DNA from: Styela clava
Lineage: Eukaryota
Direction of reading: 5' to 3'
Assembly (NCBI RefSeq): GCF_964204865.1
Contig: NC_135253.1
Span: 14,508,001-14,572,000, forward strand
Length of the DNA: 64,000 bases
Made by a program: the position numbers and the translations under genes. Positions 11,671-25,500 of this stretch are shown here, one piece after another (position 1 is the first letter of the stretch; the number at the start of each line of letters is the position of its first letter). The notes below the pieces were generated by a model. That model did no database searches and was not told where the DNA came from. It was given only the letters and a program-made list of their open reading frames with translations.

Positions 11671-14600
11671 TTACTTTTTGTCTTGCATTTCACGCAGTGC
11701 TGCCATCATCGATATGCTTCCCAGATTTTGGATATGTTCCAAAAACACGCACGCTTGTCGATGACGACTCTTTGAAGTAGAATATAGGTGGCTCGAAGAA
11801 ATAATCAGATATATAACAATATTCATGAAATTGATAACAAGAAACGCCAACATTTCGGTCTTTCTGTGAAGGGTGCAGACAATGTATTCGTTTTCATAAT
11901 ATAAGACATTGCACCTGAAAATATTGAAATTTATTTCAAAATAGTGGTTGGCGAGACAGTTGTCGATAAAAAATATACATACATATTTGCAATACGTTTT
12001 TCACGTCTATTCCCTTTCATCAAGATTTTTCTCAAATAATGTGGATGATTAGGGATTTTTTTAACAAGACTTTATCGAAACAATTGTTTTAAATCAAGTT
12101 TTTTTTTACCTGTTTTGTTGAAATCAATGTCCTAATTGTTTCTATTGTATTGAATGTATTACAGCAAAAATACCGATGTAAAAACTCGACTTATTCTTAT
12201 CGTCAATATAGCTAGCTGACGAAATGCATCATCTTGCCGTAGTTTCACGGCGATGCGAATGGGAGACAAAACAATTTCTGACTCAATAGCCCTTGATTTA
12301 AAACGGGCTATTAATGATGATGTCCATAATGATTCAAATCCCATGTCAACCCGAATCTACTGATCATACAATTAGGTCACATAGTCAGCGTGTATAATGA
12401 ACCGGAGGTCGATTGCTACACTTCGTTTGTTACCATTTATCTTGGTTGTTCAGTGACTTTGCTTAGCTCAAGCTTGAATACAAAATGAAAAGAAAGAAGT
12501 TGAGCAGTAAAAAATAATAGAGGAAAGAGACTTACAGAAAGCTTTCTGATTCCCATATGTCAGATCCCAACATTTCAAAAACAAACGCTATTCCTCTAAT
12601 TATCGTTAGCGATATGATTATTGCAAATACGTGTTTCAAGTAGTATCTGATAACCAGAAATCGACTGCTGAAATTTTCTTTGTGACACCACTGGTGCAAT
12701 ATTGCATCTTCCATGGGATACACACCTCCCTGGTCTTCAAAGTGTTTTATAAAAGTCAGTTGGGATATAGACAGTAGGTATGGGTAACATTCCAAAGAAG
12801 AAAAATTCTCGTAACACAGCATTGAAAATAAGTGTCTGTCAAGCATTTTGGATTTATCACTCTGTGTAATTCCATGTGCCGTATTTCTTGATTTCGTTGT
12901 TTCATTTTTGGGATCTTCAAGATCATGGTCGTTCCGCTATATTAAAATAAGTGTTCATATAAACACGTGTGCTCTTTACATACCGAACGTAAAATAAATT
13001 CAAAACTGTAATAAGAACGATTCATATTAAGTGTGTATTAATTCATATCAACTATACATAGTGTTTTAACTTTTAACAACATCAATTAAACCATAACCCA
13101 CGTGAATTTCCATGTCTAGCGTTTGTCCTCTGACTTTCTCAAGGGCTTTATTGACTTCATTCCTTATACCCGGGGTATCATTGTTAACTACTTCGCCGTT
13201 TAGATGTGGTGAACGTTGTTTACAACCGCTAACATGTAAGCTACCATCGTAGTATTTACTCCTATAGATATATTATAATCTACGGTATATACTTTGCTAA
13301 ATAAATAGATTGAATATTGTTTATTTAACACAGAAGGGGCCAGGAATCATTTCATAATATTGTATTTGTTGTTGCAACCAAAATTTGGCATTCGCTGTTA
13401 CTGATGAACAAACTGCTTCAATTCTACAATCGTTTAAAGTTTTTTTCCCCAAAGGCTATCGCGTTCACTTGCTTTAAAATTTTCGAAATATTGCGCCACA
13501 AAATGGAGAGGTCGACTATGAATGTTCGGGTGACCGTACATTTGAACCCACGTACATTTGAACCCATGTGTATATCCACGGGTTCAATCTACATGCGGGT
13601 GCTAAAACCCATGGGTTAGGGTTAGTGTGGGTTCAACTATCCGAAAAACAAAAAAAATTCCATAGGTGCAATGGCATACAGGTGCAATTGCCATGGGTTC
13701 AAATGTACGTGGGTTCAAATGTAATGGAACCGAATGTTCGACCAAAAGAGCACGAAAGAAGCGTGTCAATTTCGTGTCTAATTATTTGAGCAGTTCTCTT
13801 TTATCTAGTAACAACTATTTGCAAGTGGTACAAATGACATTTTGCGATATATACCGATAAAAGAAAAAAAATAGGCCCAGTGTTATCTAATATCTACATA
13901 TATATATATATACAATACACATACAATTGAGCAACCCATGTTACATTCAAGTGAAAATAGTAGTGTCCCAGGCTAACCTTCGAGATCTATCATCCGAAGA
14001 GTTTTAATGTATTTAATGAAATTGTGAGTAGCTTTACAAAACTATGCAACTCACTCATCGTATATTCCTGCAGGAACATCTTTGACTTTCTCATAAATTT
14101 GTTTGATAAATAGTTTCATACATTTCAAATGCTCCATCAATGGTACCCGAACTCGCAGGTTCCACCACGCAGAAGGAAGAGATAGCAAAAACGCCTAAAA
14201 TAAATGTGAGCACAGAAGGCATTGTTATTGCACAAAACGCTAATATTGAGCAGTCAGAGCAAATGATCTGTTTTTGAACAATATCATAATCAATTTGCAT
14301 ATTCAAAATCATGTTTATTTATACTGACGTATGTGATAGAAACATTGTACTTTATCAAACCATTGGAGCACATATATACATGGTTCATTTTATTTGAGGG
14401 GTGACCCAACAATAATCATATAGTGTCCGAATAGACTACCTGAAAAATCATTACATAGGGCATCCATATCATCACATTTATTGCTTTTTTTGGTTGTTGC
14501 AGGAGCTTTCCACCGTTTGCCTCGTTAAATTCGACATTGCACAAGTTCTGGATGGTATTATCATCGACATCTTTTATCACTGGTGATTCCCAACAATAAG

Positions 14601-14908
14601 ATTCACAATACTCGATGAAATCTGAGGAATATTCAGTTTCGTTTTTGACCGGATGACAGCTGATACTTCCCACTGCAAAATTATATGCAAGGTATCGTCA
14701 TAACCAGTTATAGGCGATAGTATTGAAATGTAGCTTTAAAATACTCACCGACTAGTTCATTTAACTTGGCAGCGATTGCTAGAACAAGAACCAAACGAAC
14801 GCCGATGAACTGTAAAATGCGATCTGGTACAAGTTCTGTCACTACCTCACTTTCATACCGCTGTTGAAACACTTCCGCTAAAGCTGTCAAAATCGTATTT
14901 TCTGACAT
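11671..14908 (-). CDS. Pannexin/innexin-like channel B (6 exons, ~445 aa)
   Basis: Exons 14908-14749, 14672-14440, 14194-14055, 13261-13102, 12936-12536 and 11914-11671; all introns GT-AG, frame continuous over 1338 nt. Four TM segments with pannexin-type motifs EL..DRIL (pre-TM1), ISC...YCW (EL1), WMPY...LP..WW...LKCMK...IY (TM2), FLVIRYYLKH (TM3) and FLC...C (EL2). Confidence 0.85.
13529..13731. mobile_element. MULE-like MITE (9-bp TSD) in intron 3 of gene B
   Basis: Inverted ends GTACATTTGAACCCACGTACATTTGAACCCATG / CATGGGTTCAAATGTACGTGGGTTCAAATGTA; perfect 9-bp TSD GAATGTTCG. Other copies at 52007-52188 and 53613-53799. Confidence 0.85.
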
Positions 14909-16601
14909 CTTATTATTCCAATTACGCACTGAAGAATTCAAGCTAGGTATTGAATCTGTGCGCCAGCTTCATACAAGCAATTCAGGAATTTTTTTAATGT
15001 ATAGAATTGGGCCAAAATTGTGACATTTAACCTGAACGTATTCAAAAGAACACGTTACAACATCTATACCACAACTATGATTAAGCCAAACTTGAATGTC
15101 GCACAATTCAAGGCTATTATAACTAGACATATGAGAAGAAGGACCAATTTGTCGACCGAACAAAATAAACGTCGACGGTTGTAAAATCTCATTGATCAAA
15201 TCTAGTTTCCAGAATTGATTAAAAACGAGTAATCAACTGTGTTTCATTCTTCAAATTTGAACAGGTTAAGTTAAAGTATGTAGATATACATTCATGTGTT
15301 TAACCGATGCCGTATAAAATAGTAGTGGGAAATAGTGCTATGAAGCATATAGAAAAGAGCACAATAGCTATTCTGTTTTCAATATAAGCATACGTCAGAA
15401 AAAGAGCAAAAGATAGCGCTGAGAAATCTTTTGTTACTGCTCGTATGGTGAGAGTCAGAATATTGTTGAAAGTTTTGTATTCTGTGAATGAGTAATGGTT
15501 GGTTGTATGGAATGACAAACGGTAGATAAATCTTGTATGGCTTACTAAATTCGATTCAAATTTATTTATATATTACTCGATGTATCGTATTTTCATGCCT
15601 GACTAACTGGTTACCGGTCATTTGAACCAGAAGGGTTGTTTATTTCCCCCAAGTAATGTACAGACTAGATACAGCAATAGATGAATGATGTAGTTAGCGT
15701 CTCGAATTCGGAAAGTAATGGCGATGTTTCATTTAAGTCTAAAAATATATATATTAGGTCATGGAAGCGTCAACATTTTTGCAAACAGTTGAGGTAAATT
15801 CGTACGACCTTACTCGTTTATTTCGTAGATCCCGGCTGTAAACGTGAATATCCTTGCGAGTGAAAAATATTACAAACGTGGAGAATGCATGCTTCACTGC
15901 GATTCTTTAACGTCGCTTTTGAATAGAATAACATTCTATCAAACCCTATAGCGATTCGTTACCGCGTTCAATAACTTAGACGACCGAAACTTGGCGTGTT
16001 GACTTAGGTTAGAAGGCTGTGAGAAAGTCAATAGGGCTTGTTTGTCGAAACTTGGTTCTAGATTTATTAAATAACAAAGTATAAAAGGGAAGAAATTAAT
16101 GTCAGTGAACAGTGAGTTTTAATAATTGTGAGAATGAAGTTTAAATGTAACTGTTGAACTCTTATTGATATCATCAATAAAATGCGTTCATAAAATTTTA
16201 AGCTTGTCGTTTGGGATTTGCACGTTAACGATAGTTTATGTGTTATGCGAGCTAACTAGACTATATAATTGGACTGTGTAGAACAATGATTTTATACGAA
16301 CTCCCGTGTCATGAATATAATTTCTTGATTACATTTTCTAGCAGTAAATCATGTTTGAAATAAATAACAATTCAGAATAGTTTGTTTAATTTTCAGTGAA
16401 ATACACTGTATTCGTAATATACAATGCCGCAACGCTAATCTCAGACAAGAAAAGAATTACGAGCATAGTTTTTCCAGTATCAAATCTTATTACATCAGTC
16501 TCTTCTCTATAATTCTATTGAAAAAAAATAAAATGAAAGATGCAATAATATCAGTAAAATAACGTTTACTTTTACAGTGATATATACATAACAGCAATAG
16601 A

Positions 16602-19600
16602 ATGAGTCAAGCTGAAACATTACAAGGTTTAGATACAGCATCTCAGAAACATGAGCAGGAGCTTGTTATTGAGCTGTCATCTGACCGAATTCTACATTTT
16701 CTTGGAGTATCATTACCAATACTTCTAGCGGTAGTTACCAAAATTACAGAAATAACAGGTAATATATTTTACTTAATCTCTTTACCTCAAGTATTTTGGG
16801 TTCTATGTTAGTATTTTTCAAAAAAATTGATAACTGACTATTGACTACGGCGCACTTCGTGAATGGAGCGTGTTTGATTGATGCTGTTTGCGTTTTATTG
16901 CACTATTCCTAAGATCTGAGTTTTGATAAGTAAATGGTCAATAGTCACCCTGGGTGGTAAGCTCAGATCAACTAATAAAACGAGAATATCGGTCGGAGAC
17001 CGAAGACTTATCGATCGGAGGTTAGGGGATCCCCCAAAACAGCGTTCTTACTCCATAGTGACACCGTGTGTCCCATCACTAATTAATTAATAACTCGCTA
17101 ATAATTATATTACATAATTATACGACACAATTCATCGAAAATCAATAGGCTTCTGTTCCGAACTATGATGAATGCACATGCAAAATTTGGACAGATTCAA
17201 CCTCGCTTTCGTGAGATATCGCGTGTATCTAACAGACAAACAAACAAACAAACAGACAAATACCTATCAACATACTTACCGATCTCAAGATCGATAAGTA
17301 ACGATAGTAAAACATTTGAGCAACTTTTCAATAGATAGCACTTTGTGCATGAAATATGTGTCAAAATACGTATTCAATTTATACGGCTTACCTTATTTTT
17401 TGTTATGTCTCCATTAATTTCTGATTTAAATCATTTAGAATCAGGTGGTGCAACATTGTATTTTTCACGGGCATAGATATTTTATGCAATTATGTTCTGA
17501 AGGGGAATATATAACGAATAAAATTGGTTTATTGTTTGTCGTATAGGAACTTTCTATTTTCCCGTCAATCTCATTCCAAATTAAAAAGCTGGTCTTTATT
17601 GAATATTTTTCAGGTAATAATCTTTCATGTTTCACTATTAATGAAAAATCAGCATCTGCAAGCTATGTCAAACATGCTACAACATATTGTTGGGAAGAAT
17701 CGCAAACCTTGCACACGGTTAATATGCCATTTTATGGACAAAATGTATCTTCGTGTGAAAAGGCGTTTGGCGAAAATAATTTGAGCCATTTATACAATCC
17801 TTCAGATTATCTTGATTGCTCTACAAGAGTTAAAAGATTCATACAATGGATGCCATACGCAATGCTCCTGGAGGTAAGGATTACTTGCTTTGTTCGTGCA
17901 TATACTCAAATCCATGACTATAGACAAGACAAAATCCGAAAAGCTCTACCCTACTTGTCCATATATAAATGAATAGATAAATATATAAGAGGATCATTTA
18001 AGTTTACATTTTTTCGGTCGCCGAGCACGCTAATCAATACCAATATTACAATGTAGAATGAGAAATTCGATTCAAGAATCAACAAACAGTCGTAAGCAAA
18101 ATAAAATATTTCAATTTTAAAACAGAAATGTTCAGAGCAATATTACTTGCATAGTTAACAATTAGTCATTGATTTCTTTTTAGCTAACCATTTTCTTCTC
18201 AATAATTTATCTCATATTTTCAACACAGGCGTTTTTATTTGCTCTTCCAATGGCATGGTGGCATTTTAAAGTTGGAGCAAGAATGATGGGACATTTAAAA
18301 TTTATGCAAAAACTACTCGAAGATATATACGAAAGCGTCAAACAAATTCCCGCGGGAATATATAGATGGTACAGTTTAAGATAGATTTTATGTTATCGTA
18401 AATTTAGATTGGCCGTAATTTTGGAACAAAATCAGAATTGCTATTAATTTATCACTGCTGTTCGAATTTGTACAAAATATTTGCCCTCGTGTGAATAGAA
18501 TTACCGATAAAATATACAAAAATGTGTCCAGAGTAATCGTGTGCACGTCATAACCTATTTCTAAAAATTAAAGTAGGGTGGAGAGAACCTCGAAGTAAAG
18601 TCATTTCACTGACTATTTTTGCGTCAATTTTCAACTATTTTCTTTACAGTGAACCATATGACCAAGATGGAGATTTACTCAATTGCTGGGGTAAAGTTAA
18701 AATAGAACAAAGCAAGGCAACTTCAAAACAGTCAATCACAGCTTCATCCACAAGTCCAGGCCCAAGTATTCAAGACCAACCGTCAGCAGGTGTGACATAC
18801 CAAAAAGACGGTTCCAAAGTATCCATACTATCATCTGAAAACGATAGCAGCAGCAACGATGAACAACACTCAAATAATGATATAAATGCCTCGGTGAGTA
18901 GAGTATCATCTAGCTCTCAGCCAACGACAACTCCCAAAGCAGACTCTAAAAATGTTACGGCACAAATAGAATCAGTTCCAACTTTACATGCAAAGAATGG
19001 ACAAAGAGATGGTGAAAAGTCAAAGGATGATCACATCAAAAATCGCCCAAAAGATGATTCGAAAACTGAAAAAACGGAAAGTTCTGTTTCAGCAAAAGAG
19101 ACTACCACCGCAATGAATTCGTCTACTTCGCAAGAATCTCTCACCCAACGAAACGCCGAGGATAAAGAAAAGTCTGTTTCGTCACAGACAAAAACGGCCA
19201 AAATAGGCAAAACTCGTAAACCTTCTAATAGTTCATCAGAAGAAAACGGGAATTTTGATAATGACGAAAATAAACCACTTCTTACTCAAGAGAATTCAAA
19301 TTCTGATAGCATCAAAAAGGCCATTGTTAGTGAAAAGCCATCGGTAACACAAAAAGATGAAAATATGGGTAAATCTTCTACCCAAAATAGCTCAGGCTCA
19401 CAAAATCGTACAGACGTGTCCAATGTTGTTGGAACTTCCAATGAAGAGGGAGAAAATGTATTTGATGCGGAGAAAAGAAGTATAAAAACAGTTATAGAGC
19501 ATATTACAAAACCAGATTTTCACAGATGTAAGGATATCGAAAAAACTGGTAAGTTTTTAGTTGGATTATCTTGAACGTACAAAATGTTTCGTGCAGTTTG

Positions 19601-21290
19601 ATAAGAATTTAAATTACAACCAATCTAGGAATCAGAGGCGTAATCGCAACTCCACTTATGCTTTATTTTTGAAGCCTATTTAAACACAAATTTGTTTATA
19701 TAACTATAGCCCAAAAACTGATATTTCAAGTCTGTTAAGGGTGATAAATGTATTCGCACATATGTAAATATTATGAGTGCCTGTAATTCCAGTGATAGTT
19801 TTGATAAACTTCAATATTCACATAAAAACCTCTTATTTTCATGAGAAGCTTAAAATTTAAATTTTTCTGTTCACTTTGATAATTACCAAAATGAACTCCA
19901 ATGTCTAATTTCGTTTAAATGATTTATCAACTATTATTTCATATTATTCAAAATCTTTATATAAATATTTTAAATTTCAGATGATGATCTTTCTTCATCC
20001 CCATTTGAAGAAAAACTTTTCAATGGAATGGAAGATCGTCACATATTTTCAATGCTTTGCTTTGAAAATTTTGCCTCCTTACAACATCAACCTTACCTAA
20101 AATCAGTTCATCAGTTACTGACTGTTCCAGAATACGAAGAAGATAAATTACGAATACTGCCGTTAAAAGATGGCGTCATGCGTCAATTTTGTCACGAAAA
20201 CAATTTCAGAAGTCGCAGCATTATCAAGATTTACCTATTAAAGTGCATTATGAGCATCACTATTGCTTTATCAATATTCATATCATTGTGTTTTTCGTTC
20301 GTCTACGTGATATTGCCTACTCTTCAAAAAACTACATTTCTGTAAGTATTACAGTTTTATATATTCACTTTTGTAGGCTTTTAATAAATAACTTAACTTA
20401 GTTTTGTTCGATTTCAATATGGCTAATGTGATGCAAGCACATACCCTTTACAATGATAACTGACACAGTCACATAGCTATTATTTTGCTTGGAACAAAAA
20501 ATTGTTTACTTGGTGAACTCGGAGTTATTTGTATTAAACCTGGCCTGTATATACCTTCTGTATATTTCAGCTGTTACAATTAATTAGTAATTGAAACGCT
20601 ATACCACTGTAAATAACTTTTGTACAATATGATATAGCAATTGCGGGTCGCTGATGCCTGGTAAGGCTGTAGTTTTAAATTATTTGGACCTACAGTGCCG
20701 GTAACTTTCATATCGCTTAAATACTGTCTCGGAATCGCCACTTAGTGTGCAATTTTTTTTATTTCAATGACGTCATCGCGCAAAATGGAAAACGAATCCC
20801 AAAGAACTCACAGAAATCTCTGAAATAACTAAATAATAATAGCGTTTCAGCGAAAACAACAATCTTTTATCACTAAAAGTTCTAAGCAATTGGTCCAGAA
20901 AAATACCAATAATATTACAAACAAAACAAATAATCAACACAATAATCCATAAGGTTCATTTCGTGCTCAATAAACGGACTATCTTCCATTTCAATACCAC
21001 CCCGTGTTTTAGTGCTTGTGAGTTTAATCATAAATAACCATTTTCTTTATAGATGCGAGCTACCATACCATGCCGAATGTTTCAGTTGTACCTTATCTGG
21101 ATTAATCAACGTTCATGCAGCTTTCTTTGCGAATTGCATTGTCGTGACAATTTACTTCGTCCTCTCCTGTTGTCAACTGTATTACATACGCTCAGGTTCT
21201 AAGTTGAAAATGAGCCAATTCTTTGAAGATATACGGACGCTCAGTTCAGTTGCTCTCGTTGCTGCTCACAAGGTTCCCCAGGATAAATAA
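16602..21290 (+). CDS. Pannexin/innexin-like channel C with ~300-aa low-complexity intracellular loop (6 exons, ~684 aa)
   Basis: Exons 16602-16758, 17614-17873, 18229-18368, 18650-19548, 19981-20341 and 21053-21290; GT-AG, frame continuous over 2055 nt. Motifs IELSSDRILHFLGVSLPILLAV, NLSCF...YCWEE, WMPYAMLLEAFLFALPMAWWHFKVGARMMGHLKFMQKLLEDIY and FLCELPYHAECFSC. The Ser/Lys/Asn/Thr-rich ORF 18792-19574 is exon 4. Confidence 0.88.
16978..17301. mobile_element. DINE/Helentron-like non-autonomous element in intron 1 of gene C
   Basis: Starts AAACGAG; inverted repeat ACTTATCGATC near the start and GATCGATAAGT at the end; internal ACAA/ACAG microsatellite at ~17232-17260. Family assignment rests on architecture only. 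Confidence 0.55.
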
Positions 21291-21384
21291 TGAACACAGC
21301 TTTTACATAACTTATTATTATATTGATAAGCAATTTCATTTGTGTGAAACGCTTTATTGTGATTAAAAAACGATTAATATAAAC

Positions 21385-21924
21385 CAGGAGTGGCCAATCC
21401 GCGACTCGCGAGCCGCATGTGGCTCTTGAACCGCTTTTATGTGGCTCTTTTCGCCTTTGGTTATTTTACGGAAAAAATTAATTGCAAACTACGATTTATC
21501 ATTTACGATTAAACATTATAATTCATCGTGCAGTTTTCTTTTACGTCGAAGATACGCCTTCATTCCCTTTACCATGCAACTTCCATTATTACGTCACAAT
21601 TAAATTATTTCAAATAGTTTCCCTCTAGTCTCAGATGAGGCTGCAACTGAGTTGAAGATGATCGATCTTTATGAGGAAGACCAATTGAAATTCCATTATT
21701 ACGTTATAATAGGTCCCACTAAGTAGCATGCATAATATTAATAAATGGCTTTTAAATTTCTGCCATAATCATTTCGGTTAGTGATATTTAAAACAGCATT
21801 CCGGCGCAGCTGAATAAAGGTATATATATCTGATGTTCATGTCTGTTCTTGTTGATAATGTGGCTCTTCGCGGTATCAAAGTACGAAATGCGGCTCTAGG
21901 TCCCTGACTGGTTGGCCACCTCTG
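21385..21924. mobile_element. Non-autonomous hAT (Charlie-like) element
   Basis: TIRs CAGGAGTGGCCAA / TTGGCCACCTCTG; 8-bp TSD ATATAAAC/ATATAAAT; subterminal TGTGGCTCT repeats; internal fragment LVSDEAATELKMIDLYEEDQLK resembles a hAT transposase segment. Confidence 0.8.
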
Positions 21925-22538
21925 ATATAAATGATAAATATTGTACGAAATCAATTGTCAGAACAATGACTGAAAATTATTTTCCATTATAGGAAAATTT
22001 ATATTATTGATTGAACAATTATCTAAATGAATTTTGTCTTAAATTAAAATACGTTTCTTACAAAATTCCATTTCATGAAGTAAATTTCACAATCCGCTAC
22101 GGCAAGACATGGTACATATGCAACGGTTCATGAACTACGAAATCAATTTGGTCATTGATCTACTCGACGTTGAGTGGTTACGTGATATGCACCAAATTTG
22201 GTACCGAAGCTTTGCAAATACGAATATAAATATATATTTAAAGTGGCCTAGTTGTTTCTGTTTTTGTGTCTTTGGCACAAATAGTTTACTACGTTGGGCG
22301 TGAAGCTTTTTCAAATGATTTATTAAACGCAGGTTCCTATTTGCAACAATCACAATTGCTGTAATCCTCGTAAATAATGCAATTAATGATTAATAGTGTC
22401 CATGCTTATTCGTTCATCAGGCCACAATTTCAGTCGTTGGTACCTTGCAAAACCAGCACAAAGCATAATTCATATACGGTAAGCTATAAAACACGCATGC
22501 TATTAATAAAACAGACACTGACAGTGTAGTTGACTATT

Positions 22539-25500
22539 TCACTTTGCCTTATTCAATGCCACACTTCCTGTGTCGCACATTTCTTCAAAGTAATAACTTG
22601 ATGCTCGATCTTTACTTCTCCGAATGAAAATCCAATGGGAAAATGAAATAATGAGATAAAAGACATTTACAACGATATTTGCTGTAAGATAGGCAATCAA
22701 ATCTGTCTTCCTATTTATAGTACAAACCATACACTTCTCTTCGTGGTAGATGACATCGCATCTGAAACAAGGGAGAAATGCTCAAAACTTGGACACGAAA
22801 CTTACACATTGGTACCAACGCTGTAAGACTGGTATCCCAGCTGACAGAAAAAGATCTGCGAACAAGTGGAAAGCTATAAAAAGTATTTGCGCTTAAATAA
22901 AACAAATCATCTACATTTTGAGTAAGATAAATCGGGTGCTACAGAAATCGGAGCGGTTTTAAAAGTAAGAGTTATCTATCTAGTGGTTCTATTCATATTT
23001 AATTACTGGTAAATACCACCAGAAAAACAGCTATGGAGTAAGTGAATTTCATCAGTTACATCCTGAAATATTATTCATATCCTGGCCTAATACAGAAAAT
23101 TGATATTGTAGACTTTGTTGTGAACAAGCATGACATAAGAAACTATCTTCTAATGATAGAATCTTTGTAAGATTAATGCAAATACATTTGAAATCTGACA
23201 TGCACTAACCGAAAACTTCCGGAAGTCCAGCCATCCGATCCGAGCACGACAAGTAGCCAGGACGAAACAGCTAGGGACATAACCGAAACCAAAAATCCAA
23301 AAGCATGTTTCATCAAATAAGAACGAACAAGAAATATTCCGTTGAAATTTCTGTTGTTACACACGAGGCGTAAGATGCATTTCGTTTTCGATTTGCCAGT
23401 AAGCCCTTTACTAGAATCTTCTCGAGTTGTCATTGTGACTTTATACACGGATAAAATGTAGGGATGTTGTTCGAGTGAAGAGAAATTTTCAAAGCATAGC
23501 ATTGAGAACAAGTGCCGGTCCAGCATTTCGCCTAAGATTAATTTCCTCATGATACCTTGTTGCTGTTTCACCTATATATAACAAAAACGTAAGTAAAGAT
23601 AAAATGACTGTAATGGGGAAATGATGAAAATTTTACTTCCAAACACACGAAGTCAACCAAATCAAACTCTGTCTCGTGTTGTATACAGATACATTTACGA
23701 GCATAACTCACAGAAACATAATTTACTTACATTCGTCTCCGTGCCCTAATTATGTTATGTCACCTGTTGTAGCCTATATGTTATTTTGCTGGTAGGTGAA
23801 TTTTGGCATGAGATCGATCGGGTTAAATCTGCCTGTATCCAAGGAGCTTAGCAAATTTAAAGCTAATAAAGTTTCTTTCTGGCGGTGCACTCTCTCCAAT
23901 CAATACGAATAAACGAATCTTTTCCTATAACAGCGTTAAATATTCACAAATACTTACCTCGTTATCCGAGTTTATAGGAATAACACAATTGTTGTTTGAT
24001 TTGTTCGAAACATCATTTTTATCTCGTTTGTCAGTTTGTGCGTCGGCGTCGACAGGCGTGTCACCGTCGGCGGGCTTTTCATCGTTGTCGTTCTCAACCT
24101 TCGTGTGAGGTATATTGTGACTTTCTTGAACGCTGGTTGCACTTTTAACAGGTTCAACAGAACTTTTTAGCTCGTCACGTTTGTATTCAGGTCTATACTT
24201 CACCCAACCATCAAGAAAATAACTTTCAGAGTCATATGCGGAATTTCTGAAATAATTGTAACAAGGAAATAACACATTTTATGAGGAAATACTTATGTGC
24301 ATCACATAATAATAAGATGGCGCACAACCTGAACTCAGGTTGTGTACCCGGTTAGGGTTCAGGTTATGCGACATCTTGGTGCGCATACTTCAGGAGTTCC
24401 CAGATAATTTGTTTTTCTCTGAATTTTTTAGAATCTCAGCAATACTCCGTCCTAATTTACGTTTTCGTTTCGTGACGAATATTAGCGACAATGTTCAAGC
24501 CCTCTATTGGTACAGATAGATCATCAAAAAAATATTATAGAGGTTAATACAAATACCCTTGATACACTCCTTTTTCTTTCGGTTTCACTGCATTATAAAT
24601 GTCATCAAGCAAAAGTTTCATAAACTTTAAATGACCCATTAATCTTGCACCAACTCGAAAATGCCACCACACAGATGGAAGAGCAAATAGAAAAGCCTGT
24701 AAATAGAATAAAATGATTACATTCTTTGGTAAATAGAAGTGCTTGATTGTATTGCGAGGTTACTTTCTTAATGTTAATAAAACTGCAAGTCTAATTAAAC
24801 AACATTTAAAATCAACGAACAAGTATTTAAATCCGAATAACTTTGATTCCTTCTAACAGCTTATGATAACAACAGCTCAATAATTCGGTCGAAGCGGGTG
24901 CCTTCTCAAACTGATAAAGAAGTGTGCTTAGATTAGAGTATATAACAGAGGTGGGCAAGGTATTTGAACCAGGGGCCAAAAATTTTGCCCACTTAGACTG
25001 TCGGGCCAATATAGTGTGACGTAAAGAGTTACATTTTTGAACAATATTTACAGTGTTACAAAAGTAAAATTCTTTGAGCTGTCAAAATTTGGTTTCAGTT
25101 TGGTTGTGGCAGCATAAGGCGGGCCAGATTGAATAACCCAACTGGTCGAATTTGGTCCGCGGGCAGTGCTTTGCCCATGTCTGGTATGTAATATATTTCC
25201 ATAGTACATGTTCTAAATCATTTTTGACAAACGTTTTGAACATTTTACCTCAAATAACATTCCATAGGGCATCCATTGCAAGAATGATTTAAAAAATGAC
25301 GGATTTTGGAGCAAATTTTTCTCATTAAGATCGTTATGTTGTAAATTACAACTGGTTACAATGCTTGGAGTATTCATTTCATTAGTCGAAGAAACAGCGA
25401 ATGACTCCCAACAGAAACTCTTCGCATAAGCAATGAAACTGACATCAACTGTTATGTTTGACGCTGGGTAACACGAAAGTTTATCGCCTGCAAGATAATG

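Noticed and set aside
13612-13626. GGTTAGGGTTAG as interstitial telomeric repeat
   Set aside because: Only two units, and an internal part of the MITE families.
13404-13860. ORFs with [13 protein letters not shown] (also 53608-53856) and [13 protein letters not shown] (24827, 58134)
   Set aside because: Chance translations of MITE copies in introns.
18792-19574. 260-aa ORF as a stand-alone gene
   Set aside because: It splices in frame as exon 4 of channel gene C.
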